From: Camelus dromedarius
Lineage: Eukaryota
Reading direction: 5' to 3'
DNA length: 64,000 nt
NCBI RefSeq assembly: GCF_036321535.1
Contig: NC_087437.1
Location: forward strand, 105,774,001 to 105,838,000
Made by a program: the position numbers and the translations under genes. This document shows, piece after piece, positions 27,331 to 40,430 of the stretch (positions within the stretch are counted from its first letter, which is position 1; every line of letters begins with the position of its first letter). Under the pieces are notes generated by a model. It saw only the letters and a program-made list of their open reading frames with translations. It did not search any database and was not told the DNA's origin.

Positions 27331-28499
27331 TGTAAGCAAACCACAGAGTTTTCAGTGTTTCATTTCAAAGACATTGATTATCTGTAGACTCTGATCCAAG
27401 CATGAAAGAAGGTCTGAGAGCACTTTCCAGATCATTCAGGTTTTCCTTATGTTTCCAGCCTAGACACATGACCAAATGGCCTATCCCTGCACATGATGAT
27501 AGCACGATTGTAGGTCTTCCACATTATGGCACAAAATTCTTTCCTTGGATCTGTTGGTTTCAGATGTTCATCAACAATCAAGATAAAGTTTCAGAGAGTA
27601 TAATACTAAATCTGTAACTAGCACAAAACAGAAAAGGATAATGAATATAGTATTTATGATAGAATCAAGATCTGACAAGATTTTAAGAGGCTTGAATTAT
27701 TTAATAATGAAATAAAATAATTATCTCCTGGTCCAAAGAAACAACAATAGGAGTGGAAATACTACAAACTATAACTTAGCATTGTAAGTGGTAAAAAAAA
27801 AAAAAAAAAAAAAAAAAGGAAAGAAAGAAAATTAGACATTAAAGATTTAGTTAATTCTATACTTGATAGGAGACACAATGTGCCTGTCAAAATATCAATG
27901 CAACCTTTTGGATTTTGATAATAAAAACAGAGTATCTGTGACAAGAGAATGAAAAGCTCTTTGTTATGTTTTGTTTGTAATACTAGATTTATTTCTGGGC
28001 GCTACACTTAATTTGTACAACTTGGTTCTATCCTCCATTTTAAAGAATCAGCTACATGAATACAGCTATCACAAGGTGCAGACCATCACATGCTGGGGGA
28101 TAAAGAGAGAAATCAAGAATTTTGTCAATATTGTACTCAATAAGAAATCATTAACATAATAAACATTTCCTGGGGTACTTATTGTGTAAATTACTGTACC
28201 ACAGACAGCAGACACAGTCTCTTGATCTCAACAATTTCATATTCCTGACAATATATTAAATTTAGATTGATTATGGCCTGATAGAGGCAGAAATATATCA
28301 GAACAGAAAAACTATCCATGAAATACTAGGGTCAGTATTAAAGATGGCAGCTCTTTGGAGATGCAGTGGTGATTTGTAAACAACGTTAGGCCATACAAAG
28401 AGCAATTAGAAAAAATTAAAGGTTTAAGCAAGACATAGTATGCATCAACTGTAGACTCATTTCAAAGACCAAACCCCTCAAAAAAAAAAAAAGACAAAC

Positions 28500-29060
28500 T
28501 TTGATCACTCAAAGCTTAGTTTACTGAACTTATTCCAGAAATGGAAAATTCTACCTTTATAAACTCTTAATAGTATCAAAGGGAGAGGAAAGGATAGGGC
28601 ATTTATAGGTTTTATTCAGTGGACTCTAGTATTTTAATAATGTAAGACTTTCAAGGCAAGAAAAGTAATTGTGAGTTCTTGTCAGAATTCATGACATGAT
28701 AATTTAGGATTAATGGACATAGCAGGGCCAGAGTCTTGTAATCAGTCTTGATGAGATGACTGTTGTCCTGATAAGCAATCTCTTTGTCTAAATGAGCATG
28801 CTTTTGTCCTGAGAAAACTATTTGCTTAGATAAGTGACCTCTGATAAGTTGTTTTGCCAAGATTTCTTGGAACAAACAATTTTTCGACTAGTTAACAGGT
28901 TTATCTCCTTGAATAAAAATTTCTTGAGCAAATAATTAACTTTTGTCAACACCGCTTGTCTCAGATGACTACTTTTGGTCATTTTCCAAGTGAAGCTAGA
29001 AGATAAATCAATACCAACTTTTGTGGTTATTCTGTAAATACTGAATAGACCCCTCATAAA
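28500..29060 (-). mobile_element. Old ERV1-type LTR (family uncertain)
   Basis: LTR-like composition with repeated ctgataag motifs; adjacent to the provirus remnant. Confidence 0.35.
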
Positions 29061-29074
29061 ATTTGGTTTAAATG

Positions 29075-30270
29075 TTAAAATTTATGACACCATAGATGTA
29101 CCAAGAGGATTAAAAGTGTTTATTACTTGAATTGAGGTTCTGAGGAGTGCAGAATAAGCCTCTCAAGCAAGTCCCAAATGGCTTGGGAGAGCAAGAAAAG
29201 GAGAGTGGCTCAGAGTTTTATTATGGGTGACTTGAATAGACATTTCTATAAAGAAGATACAGCAAAGGTCAGCAGGTATATGAAAAGACATTCAATGCCA
29301 ATAATCATCAGGGAAATGCAAATCAAAACCACAATGAGATATCACCTCACACCTATCAAGATGGCTTTTATAAAATAAACAGAAGATAAACAAGTGTTGG
29401 TAAGAACGCGGAGAAATTGAAACCCTTGCACGCTATTGATGGGAATGCAAAATGGAACAGCCACTATGAAAACAGTATAGAGGTTCCTCAAAAAATAAGA
29501 ATAGGTCTACCACATGATCAGCAATCCCCTTTTTGGGTGTCTATTCAAGAACTGAAATCAGGATCTCAAAGAGATTAGCACACCCATGTTTATTGAAATA
29601 TTATTTGTAATATCCAAGATATAGAAACAACCTAACTGTCCACTGATGGATGAATAGATAAAGAAAATATGATATACATATTTAATGAAATTCTATTCAA
29701 TCTTAAAATAGAATTTAATTCTGCAACATGCAACAACATGGATAAACCTGGTGGACATTGCACTAAGTGAAATAAGCCAGACACAGAAAGGCAAATACTG
29801 CATGGTTTCACTTAAGTGAGATACCCCAAAATAGGCAAATTCATAGAATCAAAGATAGCAATTGTGGTTCCCAGGGGCTGGGCAGAGGGGGAAATGGGGT
29901 GATACTAATCAATGAGTATAAAATTCCATTATTCAAGATGAATAAGCTATAAAGCTCTGTCCTGCAACATTGTGCCAATAGTCAACAATACTGTATCAGG
30001 CACTTAAAAATGTGCTAAGATCTCATGTTAAGTGTTCTTACCACAATGAAATAAAATTTTAAAAATAAATTATAAAAGTCATTTTAAAAAATGGGACTTA
30101 AGCAAGGTTCTCACACATGGGCAAGGACTTGCATGGTTTGAGTTTCCCTCCAGCACCAATGGAGAGAGCACACAGGATTTCTTATCAGCTTGCCCAATGT
30201 GGAGCCAAAGGTTTAAAAGAGGTTAGCAGTCAAGTATCAAAAACTAGAGCAAGACTCCTTATTTTACTAT
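29075..30270 (-). mobile_element. ERV1 (MER67-like) LTR split by an L1 insertion; putative 3' LTR of the fossil provirus
   Basis: ttcttatcagcttgccca...cagtcaagtatcaaaaac..agact matches the reverse of the 47390-47756 element; poly(A) signal appears as tttatt near 29119. Confidence 0.6.
29227..30070 (+). mobile_element. L1 (L1MA9/10-L1MB1 class) ORF2 C-terminus and 3' UTR
   Basis: DLNRHF..EDT...[17 protein letters not shown] in ORF 29178-29378; 3' end atctcatgttaagtgttcttaccacaat plus A-rich tail. Confidence 0.9.
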
Positions 30271-30838
30271 GATCTATTTTCAGCCAAAAATATAACTTGG
30301 GGATGTTCCAAAACTTTGCAATATTTAGGCATGACTCATTGACAGTGGTCCGATACCAGGAGATAGATTTTTAGTAGCAAGTTCACTAGGGAGATCTAAA
30401 GTTAAAGAGTTTGAGATTGAACATGAACGGGGCTGTTTTGTGAGACAGTTTTGGAATATGCACCATCAGTTCCTCAGTTCTTTGCCAGAATCTAATTTTG
30501 TAAGTTTGGTTAGAAAGCTAGCAAGTGTGAATGGTCTATGTGGGTCATTTCAGTGCAGAAACAAAACTCCCATTACAGATATGTTATAACAAGCTTTAGG
30601 TTCCTGGTTTCCTGGCCTGTTGTGGTGCTGCCATCTAAAAAGCCACTTGGAAAATAAGCAGATTTATTACAAGGAACCAGTACCAAAGGGAAACTGAACG
30701 GCATCAAAATGAAAGAGTACAAACCCAAGAGTCTGTTCCATTATGCATTTTAGCCAAAATATGAGCAAAATGTGTCCAGGTGTTGGATTCATCTCAAGGA
30801 ATGACTGGGGGTGGAAAAAGCATATTAAGAATAGGGAT

Positions 30839-31106
30839 ATAGAACAGATTGGTAGCTGCCTGAAGCGTGGGGTGGAGGTGGCAAAATGGGTTAAGGGGTC
30901 AAAAGGTATAAACTTCTAGGTATAAAATGCCTACCATTGGCATGTAACGTACAGCAGGTTGACTAGAGGTAGTAATACTGTACTGCATATTTGAAAGTGG
31001 CTGGGAGAGAGGGTGTTGTATGTTCCCATCAAGAGAAATTTACAATTATGTATGGTGATGGATGTTAACTGGACTTATTATGATGACCACTTTGCAATTA
31101 AAAAAA
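30839..31106 (+). mobile_element. L1 3' UTR fragment (L1MA9-like) inserted in the ERV
   Basis: agaacagattggtagctgcc...gggtcaaaaggtataaacttc...tatggtgatggatgttaact; TSD-like aagaatagggat/aagcatagggac. Confidence 0.8.
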
Positions 31107-32163
31107 AAGCATAGGGACCTGATTATTGTCAAGAGGTATTATGAATCTGTTAAAACTCACACATATTAAACAAGCAAATGGGAAAAAAAATCTAAGAATA
31201 TAAAGTCAAGGAGAAGCACATAAATCAAAGCTTAACAATCTATAGCCCTGTTTGCATTGTTCTATAAAATTTGGGCAGAAGCAGTCTACCTTGAGTTGTC
31301 TCAACTGCTTGATCAGATAGTATTATGCAGAAGCTGTCTCCTTCCTGCAGTCATCTGCTTCTGGGAGATTTCCCCCCAGTCCTCATTGTGAGGTCTCTGA
31401 CTGAGACAGTGTCAGTAATTTTGAGACGACTTATGTCTATTTAATTGAGAAACATGAATCCAAGGATCTACATCCTGACATCTACCCCAGGCTCAGGATA
31501 AAACTTCTTGAATGTCTTTTCCAGGTGTCAAGTTATAAAGTTTTTTCACAGGATATTCACAGAAGTTTCTCATACCTTTTTAGTGAAATGATCACATTTT
31601 TGTCTGTATTAAGGCAGCCTCTGGGATTGGGGGGCCTAATATTCACAGAGTTCAAGAGTTTCTGAAAGTTGGCTTAAGTTTGCAAATTCCATTTGTCGTT
31701 TCTAACTTATCTGAATCTTGACAGTGACATGAGCCCTGGAGTTTTTGAATTAAATAGAATGACTTTCAAAGCTCCTTAATAACAGTTCTGGTTAAGTGAA
31801 AGCCACTGTCTTAAAAAGAGTATTGAATTCCTCAGGCAACTTTTTATTTTTTATCCCTGTAAAAGTTGAGGCTTTTACCCATCTTGATTGTAGACATATA
31901 ATAACCAAAATGTATGTATAATCCTTTGCTGGAGCAATTGCTTAAAATCCATTTGGAGGTGCTCAAAGGAGCCTCAAGGGCTAGATTTAGTTCCTCTCAC
32001 ATCTTTGAAGTTTTGTCAGGATTATGTTGTAGGCACATAGGTCATCAACTACAGCCATTCTTGACTACATATGTTAAGTTTTTCCCGAAATATTGTTTTA
32101 AGATAAAAGCAAGTTTATATCTGATATAAAAATAATACTGTAGAGCTTTGTCCAATACAGTAT

Positions 32164-32755
32164 TGAACCAAGCAGGACCCTGCAGAGGGGTCCCCGAAAC
32201 AGACTCTTCCTGTTTCTCCCGCCTCTTGTTTATAGAAAAGTTTTAGCCTCTTTAGGCCTTCCCTGAGTTCCAAAGAGCAAATTTAATCTGAAAAATGAGA
32301 ACATGCAGAAAAAAAGAAAAACAGTCAAGCAACCTTTAGTTCCTCAAAGGCTGTAGATAATGTCTTGAACCACATCCTTGAGTTGTTTCACATATGCTAA
32401 AACTCCCACCAGGTAAAGAAGTTAACGTTATGCCAACCAGCAGCACATATGACCCACTCTGGTTGGAACCAGAGGTTGATGATTGAGATTTGCGAAACAT
32501 CATCCTGTTACATCACCATCAACCAATTAAAGAATTGTTCACGAGTTGATCACACAACCTGTGACCCTCTCCCTCATGTTGTCTTTAAAAATCATTCCCT
32601 AAAATCCACTGGGAGGTGGGCATGAGCTGCTGCCTGTTCTCCTTGCTTGGCCCCACGTTGGGTGCCTTGGAAAAAACGTGACAAACACAACCGATTGTCA
32701 GTAGATCACTTTTGCTGTGCTTTGTTTGAGTGAACCCAGGTTTGGTTTGGTAATA
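32164..32755 (+). mobile_element. Younger ERV1-type solo LTR
   Basis: Starts tg, ends ggtttggtaata; perfect 4-bp TSD gtat; colinear with 51120-51721. Confidence 0.85.
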
Positions 32756-35719
32756 GTATGTTAGCCAGCATTATGAGACTGGGAAGAAGTAGAATCTTCT
32801 CGTGAGATGTAATATAAAATCAGTTCATGAAGCTATGATTACCCTGGGAGTTAGAAAAAGTTGTGAATAGTAAGAAGGCTGAAAAATCCTCAGGGTCTTT
32901 CATTTATATCCTAAGGAATAATGTACGTATTCCTGATTAATAAGATCATTGAAACCTAGAAAAAGAATTTTATAGACAGTTACTGTGCCAATCTGTGTGT
33001 CCAAATATGGATATATTTTTAACTTGAAAAATATGGGATTGCTGAAATATATTTATACTGACACAATTTACTTATAAACCATGAATCTAAGAAGACTGAA
33101 CTTCTGCCTAAATTTGTTAATTTTCTTTTTACTGTAAATGTCTTAAACAAAAACATGGAGAATGCCAAACAAACCTAATTATTTCCATCCTTTATTTTAA
33201 AAGATAAAGAGGCAAAATTTTGTGCCTTTTACTAGCTTTTGCAGGAAATACAAAGAGAGTTTAAGATCTTATATTAAGATGAAAGATATTTTAATAATTT
33301 TATTATTTGGAATCTGGGGCCTGAATCAGGAGTTGTCAAAAGAAAAAAGTTATGAATCTATGTCACGAGTATCTAAAGGTAAGAAATAATCAATGGTAAA
33401 ATTTAAAAACACATAGTAATAGCAGTGATTATTAGAAACTTTTACCTTTTTTTCAAGAATAAAAAATTTTTGCTAAAATATTTCAAGAGTATGCCGAAAA
33501 TACAGAAAGTAGACAAAATAATTTGGATGATGAAATTGGAAAGATCTGAAAATAAGTTTTTCTCATCTCTATTGCCTTAGGATTAAGTATATAAAACTAT
33601 TTGGGTAAGTTTACTTAATTAATGACTGTTGCTTATGCTAATCAATTTTAATTATTTTCATTATTAAAATACCAACTGTTTGAAATGAGCACCTGACTAT
33701 TTTGGCAATCTTCATAATAAATTGATTTAATCCTAAGTGAAGCGATAAAATTCAGTAGTGGTCAATTTATTTTTTAATGACAAAAATTAACAAATCAACC
33801 GAATCTAGCTAGGTACTAAATAAAATACAATGTAAAAAAGAAGAAATATTGCAGCTTTTAAAGATAAAGAGTTTGAGTCATCAAAAGAGAGGAGGCTGCC
33901 TTTTGTGATCTTTTCTGACTCAGAAAACTTTAAGAATTTTTTTTTCTCATTCTTGTCTACGTCTATAAAACGCACTTTAGGCAGAGTTTCATCAGTTATA
34001 TAGATTTCTACTATAAAGAGAGTAAAGAAATAAAATCTTAACTGGATTCTGAAATTCAGTGTGTGGGAATATATCTTAAAAATATTGATCATTTAAAAAG
34101 GCACTCAACTAGAATCAGCATAGTAAGGCGGTCTGTAAACAAATTCTCTCAAGCCCAGCCATGCCTTTATTGGTGCTCTGACGTCTAAACTGATGAGGAC
34201 TTTCCAAAGTCCAGATCACACTCAAAGCTACTAGCCCTCTCCTTTCAGTTAGTAATCTTCAAGGCATTTTATCAATTATCCATTCAGTTATTTGGCAAAC
34301 ATCCTTTAAGTCCTACCTGTGCCTGTACTTTCTTATGTGTTAGGGCATGTGAAAGAATATTACACTCCTTGCCTTCAAATGCTCCATCATCTACTCTTCA
34401 GATCTGTACACTGCTTTAATGTAATATGATTAACCTGTAAGAGAGGTGGACAGAGGGGAGGGAGTGACAAGCAACTAAGCTAGTCTGAGGGTAAATAGAG
34501 GAATGGCTCCTGAACGGAGGGTTAGGACCTCAATCTTAAAGTAGGAGCTATCCAAAAAGCATTGGGAAAGGGAGTTCCCATCAATAGAAATTTGTAAAGT
34601 CACACAGGCATATGAGATAACAGGCTTAGTACTGACTTTTGGAGTATTGCATTCAATCTAATTTTCTCTCAACTAGATAGGGTTCATTGTAGGGACTAAA
34701 ATGTAGATGAAGCTAAAAGTAGAAGGCAAATAAGTAGCAGATGTGTGAGGAAAGCAGAGATACAAATGCCAGAAACCACACAGGGTCTGAATTTATCAGT
34801 ATTCCTGGAAAAACTGATCATTTGCTTTTTTTTTTAACATAATTATTGATATTCCAGACCATTCTTCTAAAAGGACACAAATTATCAAGTGGCTATAAAG
34901 TACTCTCTCAAAGTATTTCAAACTGAAAAGAATAGGAAACAAAGATGAATGTTCTACCTGACTGTGTCATGGTGACTTTACCAAAATCTCATTTTTCAAG
35001 TACCAAAAATATATCTGCTTTTTCACATTTAGAAATGCAAAAACAAATGCAGAAGTTACAGAAGTGCTACAATGGAGTCCTGTTGAACTTCTCAATTACT
35101 TTTGTTACGTTCAAAGCAATTACTTTTGCTGTCAGTGGGAATAAAATGTATCAATATTGAAGAGGGCAAAATAAATCAAGTGTATTCCTGGGAATTACAG
35201 CATAAGCTGCATGCAAATAACCCCATAAATTCTAGGGTCTGTCTTCACCTAATCTGGTACTGCTGATGCTTCAGTTTTAATTTGTTGAGGTGTTTATTGC
35301 TTTTGTTTTTGTTTTTTCCTGAAAGCTGAAGTAGAATCTATCAGCTTCAGCATAGAATAGCTGTGTTAATGCCTATATTTCAGAAGGGGGGTATGTGTGA
35401 ATATAACTAGTATACTTAATAAAAGTATTTCCTTCTAAAAATGCAAAATGTTGATATAAAAAGTAAAGCAAATTAAACAACCATCTTTTTAAGACTAACA
35501 CTTGGATGTTGGCTTCATAAATAGTCTTCGGTGTGATAATTTAATTATCTCACATAAGAGGCAACAAAATATGTGAACCTTAAAGATGTCTTGTTTCTGA
35601 AGGCAAATATTATGTAATAATCAGGTAATGGTCTGTCTGCATGTCTCTTGCCCCTGCAGTTTTGTTCTTGCTATGGCAGTTCAACAAAGTCTTATCTAGG
35701 TCCAACATCATCCATTCTT

Positions 35720-35865
35720 GAGGGGGAGGGTATAGCTCAGTGGTAGAGTGCATGCTTAGCATGCATGAGGTCCTGGATTCAATCCCCAGTACCTTCATTA
35801 AAAAAAAAAAAAACCTAATAATAAATAATAAATAAACCTAATTACATCTCTTCCCCAAAAAAAGA
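35720..35865 (+). mobile_element. tRNA(Ala)-derived camelid SINE (Vic-1-type)
   Basis: gggggagggtatagctcagtggtagagtgcatgcttagcatgcatgaggtcctggattcaatcccc (A and B boxes); A-rich tail with aaacctaattac; 16-bp TSD aacatcatccattctt/aagatcatctattctt. Confidence 0.9.
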
Positions 35866-36099
35866 AAGATCATCTATTCTTTTAAAAAATAGTAAATAAC
35901 AACACAGGTGCTAATTAGAGTAACATGCATATAATTTAAATATTCATATGATCCATAATTCTTCTAAAACAATAATTGCCTGTGGGATAGCAGAGAAAAT
36001 ATTTTTCTATTTCTGCACAGTTAAAGCTTTCTGAATAAATTTTACAGAAATTTGGAACATGGGCAAATTTGGGAAGATGATTTATGACTGATTTAGGTA

Positions 36100-36450
36100 G
36101 GGAGATAATTCCAGAGTAATTTATCTGGGGTTTTGGGGAGCTGAGACCTGGGACTATGAAGGCTTGGTATGAAGACGCTGTAAACTGGAGACAATGGTCT
36201 CATCTTTCCCCTGGAGGGATGTATATACATTCTAAATGGTTAGAGTAAGAACATCCTTCTCAAGGAGCAAAGCACCCAGGGTATTTTTTTTCCTAGGTTA
36301 TTTACCTATAATACAAACCAGTATTTGTAGGATAACACCTGGATTTCATTGCTTCACCCCAGGGTTAGGAAGCTGAGGCACAGGGGAGCCACATGCTTAT
36401 TTGCTGTGTGTGAGGAATGATCTTCTCTGCTCTGGAAAAACCTTGTATGT
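36100..36450 (+). mobile_element. Old ERVL-type LTR fragment
   Basis: Loose similarity to the 10702-11176 family (ggagac...tcccctggag). Confidence 0.35.
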
Positions 36451-37742
36451 GCATTTAGGATAATATTCATGAATATGGATATTAAAATGCAATCTTACTC
36501 CTCCCTTCCATTTTCCAGGATTTAATGTTTTAGCTGTTTCTTCTTATATTGCTCTGTTTATTTCAAATACAAATTTTCACTGCTTATTTAAGTACTAATT
36601 TAGTTGGGAAAAAAGAAGTCAATCTATATCCTCAATGGTATTAATATAAGCAATTAAATGTTCACATGACTGTAGGGAAGGCTGGGGAAAAAAGTCCAGA
36701 AAACATCCAGTAAAGATCTTAGCTTAAGCATGTAAACAAGTAGGTCTTATTTGCTCATCCCAAAGCAACTGTAAATCTCAAGAGTCTCTGGTCCATTCCT
36801 ATCCAAGTACCTTGTATTCGGTGTATCCAAGTACACCATTGAAGACGATTCTCTAAAAGCTCATCTGGAGGCTTCTGGAATCCCACATTGGTTCAATGTC
36901 TATCTTCAACTGACACCTGAAAATAAAGCCCTGTCCTTCTCCTTTATCCCTAAAATTTCATGAAAGTACTATTCATTGGATGAAGAACAGGGCTTTATTT
37001 ATTTCTAGAAAATATAGTTCTCAGCTTCTACTTCTTAGAGAAAAAGTTAAAAGGATTGGCCATAATACCTGTTAAACTGACAAAAGACAGCCCAACTTAT
37101 TGGTATTTCTTGACACATCAATTTTAAATATGATCTATTATATATTATGATATACTTTATTTTACTTCCCTTATTCTCCTTGCTGCTCCCACCTACTATT
37201 ACAGTTAAGTTGTAATTTTGGTTAAATCTATATTAAATGTTTATAATAACATAACACATTAAATTTATCTACAACCAAAAAAGTAGTACATTTGTGATTA
37301 TACTTCCATTTCTTAAATTTTCTCCTGGATTTGATAATTGCAATATTCTTCATTTATTTTGTTTGTTTTTTTTTTTTTTTATCTGCCACAATTTCTAAAC
37401 CCATACTTAGAGCTCTTAAACAACTCTCAGTACTATTTTCACTTGATCAAATGAATTGTATAGTCTATCCGTTCCAGTATCCCCCCATTTTTCACTCCAT
37501 GACATTTCTTCTCGGCTGCTACAATCTGAAATAGTTGTTCTCTTGGCCCATTGCAGAGATTTTTGTCTAGGACTGCTTCTTCCTGTTCTCCTGCGCTGAA
37601 TCCTCTGTTTCCTTCTAGGTTTCTTTCTCAGTTTATTTTTTCATTTTGATGAAACACATTCTCTAATAGCTTTCTAATCAAGAGTATTGGATCTGATATA
37701 TTTCTATATATTCCTTAAATCTATGTTACTAGTTTAAAAATC

Positions 37743-38260
37743 TGTATTAGTTTCCTAGGGCTGCCATAACAAAGTACTATAGGCTGATTGAATTAAAAGA
37801 ATGTTATGTCCTTACATTTCTGGAGGCTACAAGTCCACAATCAATATGTCAGCAAGCAAATATATGCATGTATATGCATGACTAGGACATTGTGCTGTAC
37901 ACCAGAAATTGACACATTGTAATTGACTGCACTTCAATTGAAAAAATATATATATGATGGCAAGGTTGGTTTCATTCTGAGTCCTTTCTATTTGACCTGT
38001 AGGTGGCCATTTCCTAGTTCCTGTATCTTCACATGGCATCCCTTTTCTGTGTGTCTGTGTCCTAATCTCTTCTTATAAGGATGTCACTCATATTGAATTA
38101 GGGCCCACTCTCATGACCTTATTTAATATTAATTCTCTCTTTAAAGATCCTATCTCCAAATACAGTCACATTTTGAAGTCCTGGGGTTTAGGACTTCAAT
38201 ATATGAAAGAATTGGAATGAATTTGGGCCGGGGATGGGGAACACAATTCAACCCACAACA
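37743..38260 (-). mobile_element. MaLR LTR (MLT1B/C-like) containing a nested L1 3' end
   Basis: tgtattagtttcctagggctgccataacaaagtac...ttctggaggctacaagtcca...tctccaaatacagtcaca...attcaacccacaaca. Confidence 0.85.
37857..37951 (+). mobile_element. Camelid L1 extreme 3' end nested in MLT1
   Basis: gcatgactaggacattgtgctgtacaccagaaattgacacattgtaa...cacttcaattgaaaaaa; TSD-like atatgtcagcaag/atatgatggcaag. Confidence 0.8.
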
Positions 38261-40259
38261 GCATCCAATCCTCAAGAAGCCCAGAGGCCAAAGGACAGGA
38301 TCAGGGGAGCTGTTAACCTTTTCCTTTGGCCGTCATTCACTTCCCATATTCCAAAATTCCAAAATTTGGGGCATCTTTTGTCCCTTCTACTCTCCTATCC
38401 TCTTTGTCCTTTTGTTTTATGTCTTTTTACTTCTCTCATTATTTTACCAGAGTTTATTAATGAAGTAGAAAAAAATATGTCTGTTTAATTTCCTGTATGT
38501 ATCCAGAAATTCACACCACTCTGGATACTTTGATCCAAACTGATAGAATTTTTTTTCCTATATAATGTTTTAAAATCAGAAAATAAAATAGAATCCAATG
38601 ATAATTTTTTTAATAGTTGTTCAGTTTTGCTAAGTAAATGCTTTATTGTCTTCCTTGAAAAACTAAGTTTAATGGCTAGAAACGACAGAACAATATTCCA
38701 AAAAGAATTTCGAAGGCTATAAAAAACACACCAAGTGACTCAATGCTGTGACTCCATAAAAGGAGATAAAGGGAGACAAATTATCCTCAGAATTCTTAGT
38801 TCTAGGTATGAATTCTCCTTTGGTAGTCTCCTAAAAGATTGGCATATATAATTAAGTGTTTATTCATTTTCCATCTAATGAACAATATCATCAAGGAGCA
38901 TTTTCCATTCATTATGACTTATTTTAGGAAATTACAGTAATACTGTCTTTATATACTCATTAGTAATAACTGATACATATAATTCTCAGGATGTGGTAGT
39001 AAGGAAACTCCAAAATTATCATCTGCTAAGAGATACCACAAATGTCTAGAAAATTGACTCTTTTAAAAATAAAAGCATAAGGACTAAATATCATTTTCTC
39101 TTCCATTCTGATCCAGAGCTATCTGTTCAATTAAGTATTTCTTACCCAAGCACTTGACATGGCTAATTTATGAATATGTGCCAATTTGGAATACAGGTCA
39201 TAAAGTTTTCATTCTTTGAATGAGATTTTAAGAATCAAACAGTTGTTATTTCACAGCAGAAACCATCTCCACAAAGATTTATACTGCAGGGTCTGCACTT
39301 AATAAGAAAAACTTTTAAATATCCCAGATGACAATTCAAATCATTAACTCTTAGAAAACTTCAGGCACCATGATTTCAAATGAGTCAGGGCAACTTAGCA
39401 AAACCCATCAGAAATCTGCTAAGTAAATAATTTTATTTTGCCAACATTTTATTAGTTCAACAGATCTATTTATTTGAGAAGACCTGCAGCCCTTATAAAA
39501 GACATTTCATTTTGTCTGCTGTAGCTGACTGCCATTATGCAGCTATTAAATTGCCATTTTACTTCATTATGCATTTTATCTGATAATTATGAGTTATAGT
39601 AATAAGCAGACAGGTATAATTAAATTTGCTTTAGGGGATGTTCTGTTTCTTCTTCGTCATAAGAGTATAAGAGTAACCAAAGTCATATTTGAATGTTCAG
39701 TATAATGGTACAGATTTTTAAACCCTCAACTTATTTCTTATTTTAATATATGTAAAAATTTTATACTCCTTTTAGGTCTAAAATATTTATGCTGTCAGAA
39801 AGCATGACAAAACATTTAAGAACACTGTCAATGAGAATTTTTCAGCCCTTCAATCAAGAAGTATTTGGTTAATTTTTAAAAGTTTAACTGTAAAAATTGG
39901 ATTAACTAAAAATGGGCCTGTATAATGTAGAGAAAAAGCCAAAAACATAAAGTATCAAAGTCCTTCTTGAAGTTCCATAGAGAATATAAAATGAAATGAA
40001 ATTTTACCACTAGTGATATTAATATTAAGACTGAGGCTATATAATGTGCATATTAAAATGTGCTGTTGAAGATTTCTCTTTCTGTTCTCTTTGCCCACAT
40101 TAAATAAGAAAAAAGTTAATATGTTAACAGTTAAAAGAAAGAAAAGAAATTGAGAACAAGTGCAGAGGGAAAAATAGTATACATTGGAAAGTTCTTGGTG
40201 TCAAATGTGCAAAAGGAAATTTGCAGCTAATAGTTTCCTTGGTGAGAGACAGGTTTTGT

Positions 40260-40430
40260 GGAATTCAATCTCAGCCCTATTCTGGGACAAGATGCCAGCC
40301 CTGTTGTGTGTACATTTTCTCACCTGTCAAATGAGGAATGCTTAGGGTGGCACTGAGGATTGAACAAGTATAAATATGTAAGGCAGCTCAAGCAGCACAT
40401 GCAAATTAGTCAGTGTCATATAAACATTTG
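40260..40430 (+). mobile_element. MIR SINE
   Basis: ttttctcacctgtcaaatgaggaat...gaggattgaa...atatgtaaagg. Confidence 0.55.

Larger units (their letters stand above)
30270..33560 (-). mobile_element. Decayed ERV1 (MER4-group-like) internal region including integrase remnants
   Basis: Minus-strand translation 31798->31673 HLTRTVIKEL*KSFYLIQKLQGSCHCQDSDKLETTNGICKLK and 31468->31436 DPWIHVSQLNR match the gamma-like integrase core and C-terminal motifs. Confidence 0.7.

Noticed and set aside
35721..35795. tRNA-Ala gene
   Set aside because: Followed by a SINE tail and flanked by TSDs, so it is a SINE head
39141..39310. Minus-strand donor TGG|gtaaga as a further exon
   Set aside because: No clean acceptor, and the frames tested close quickly
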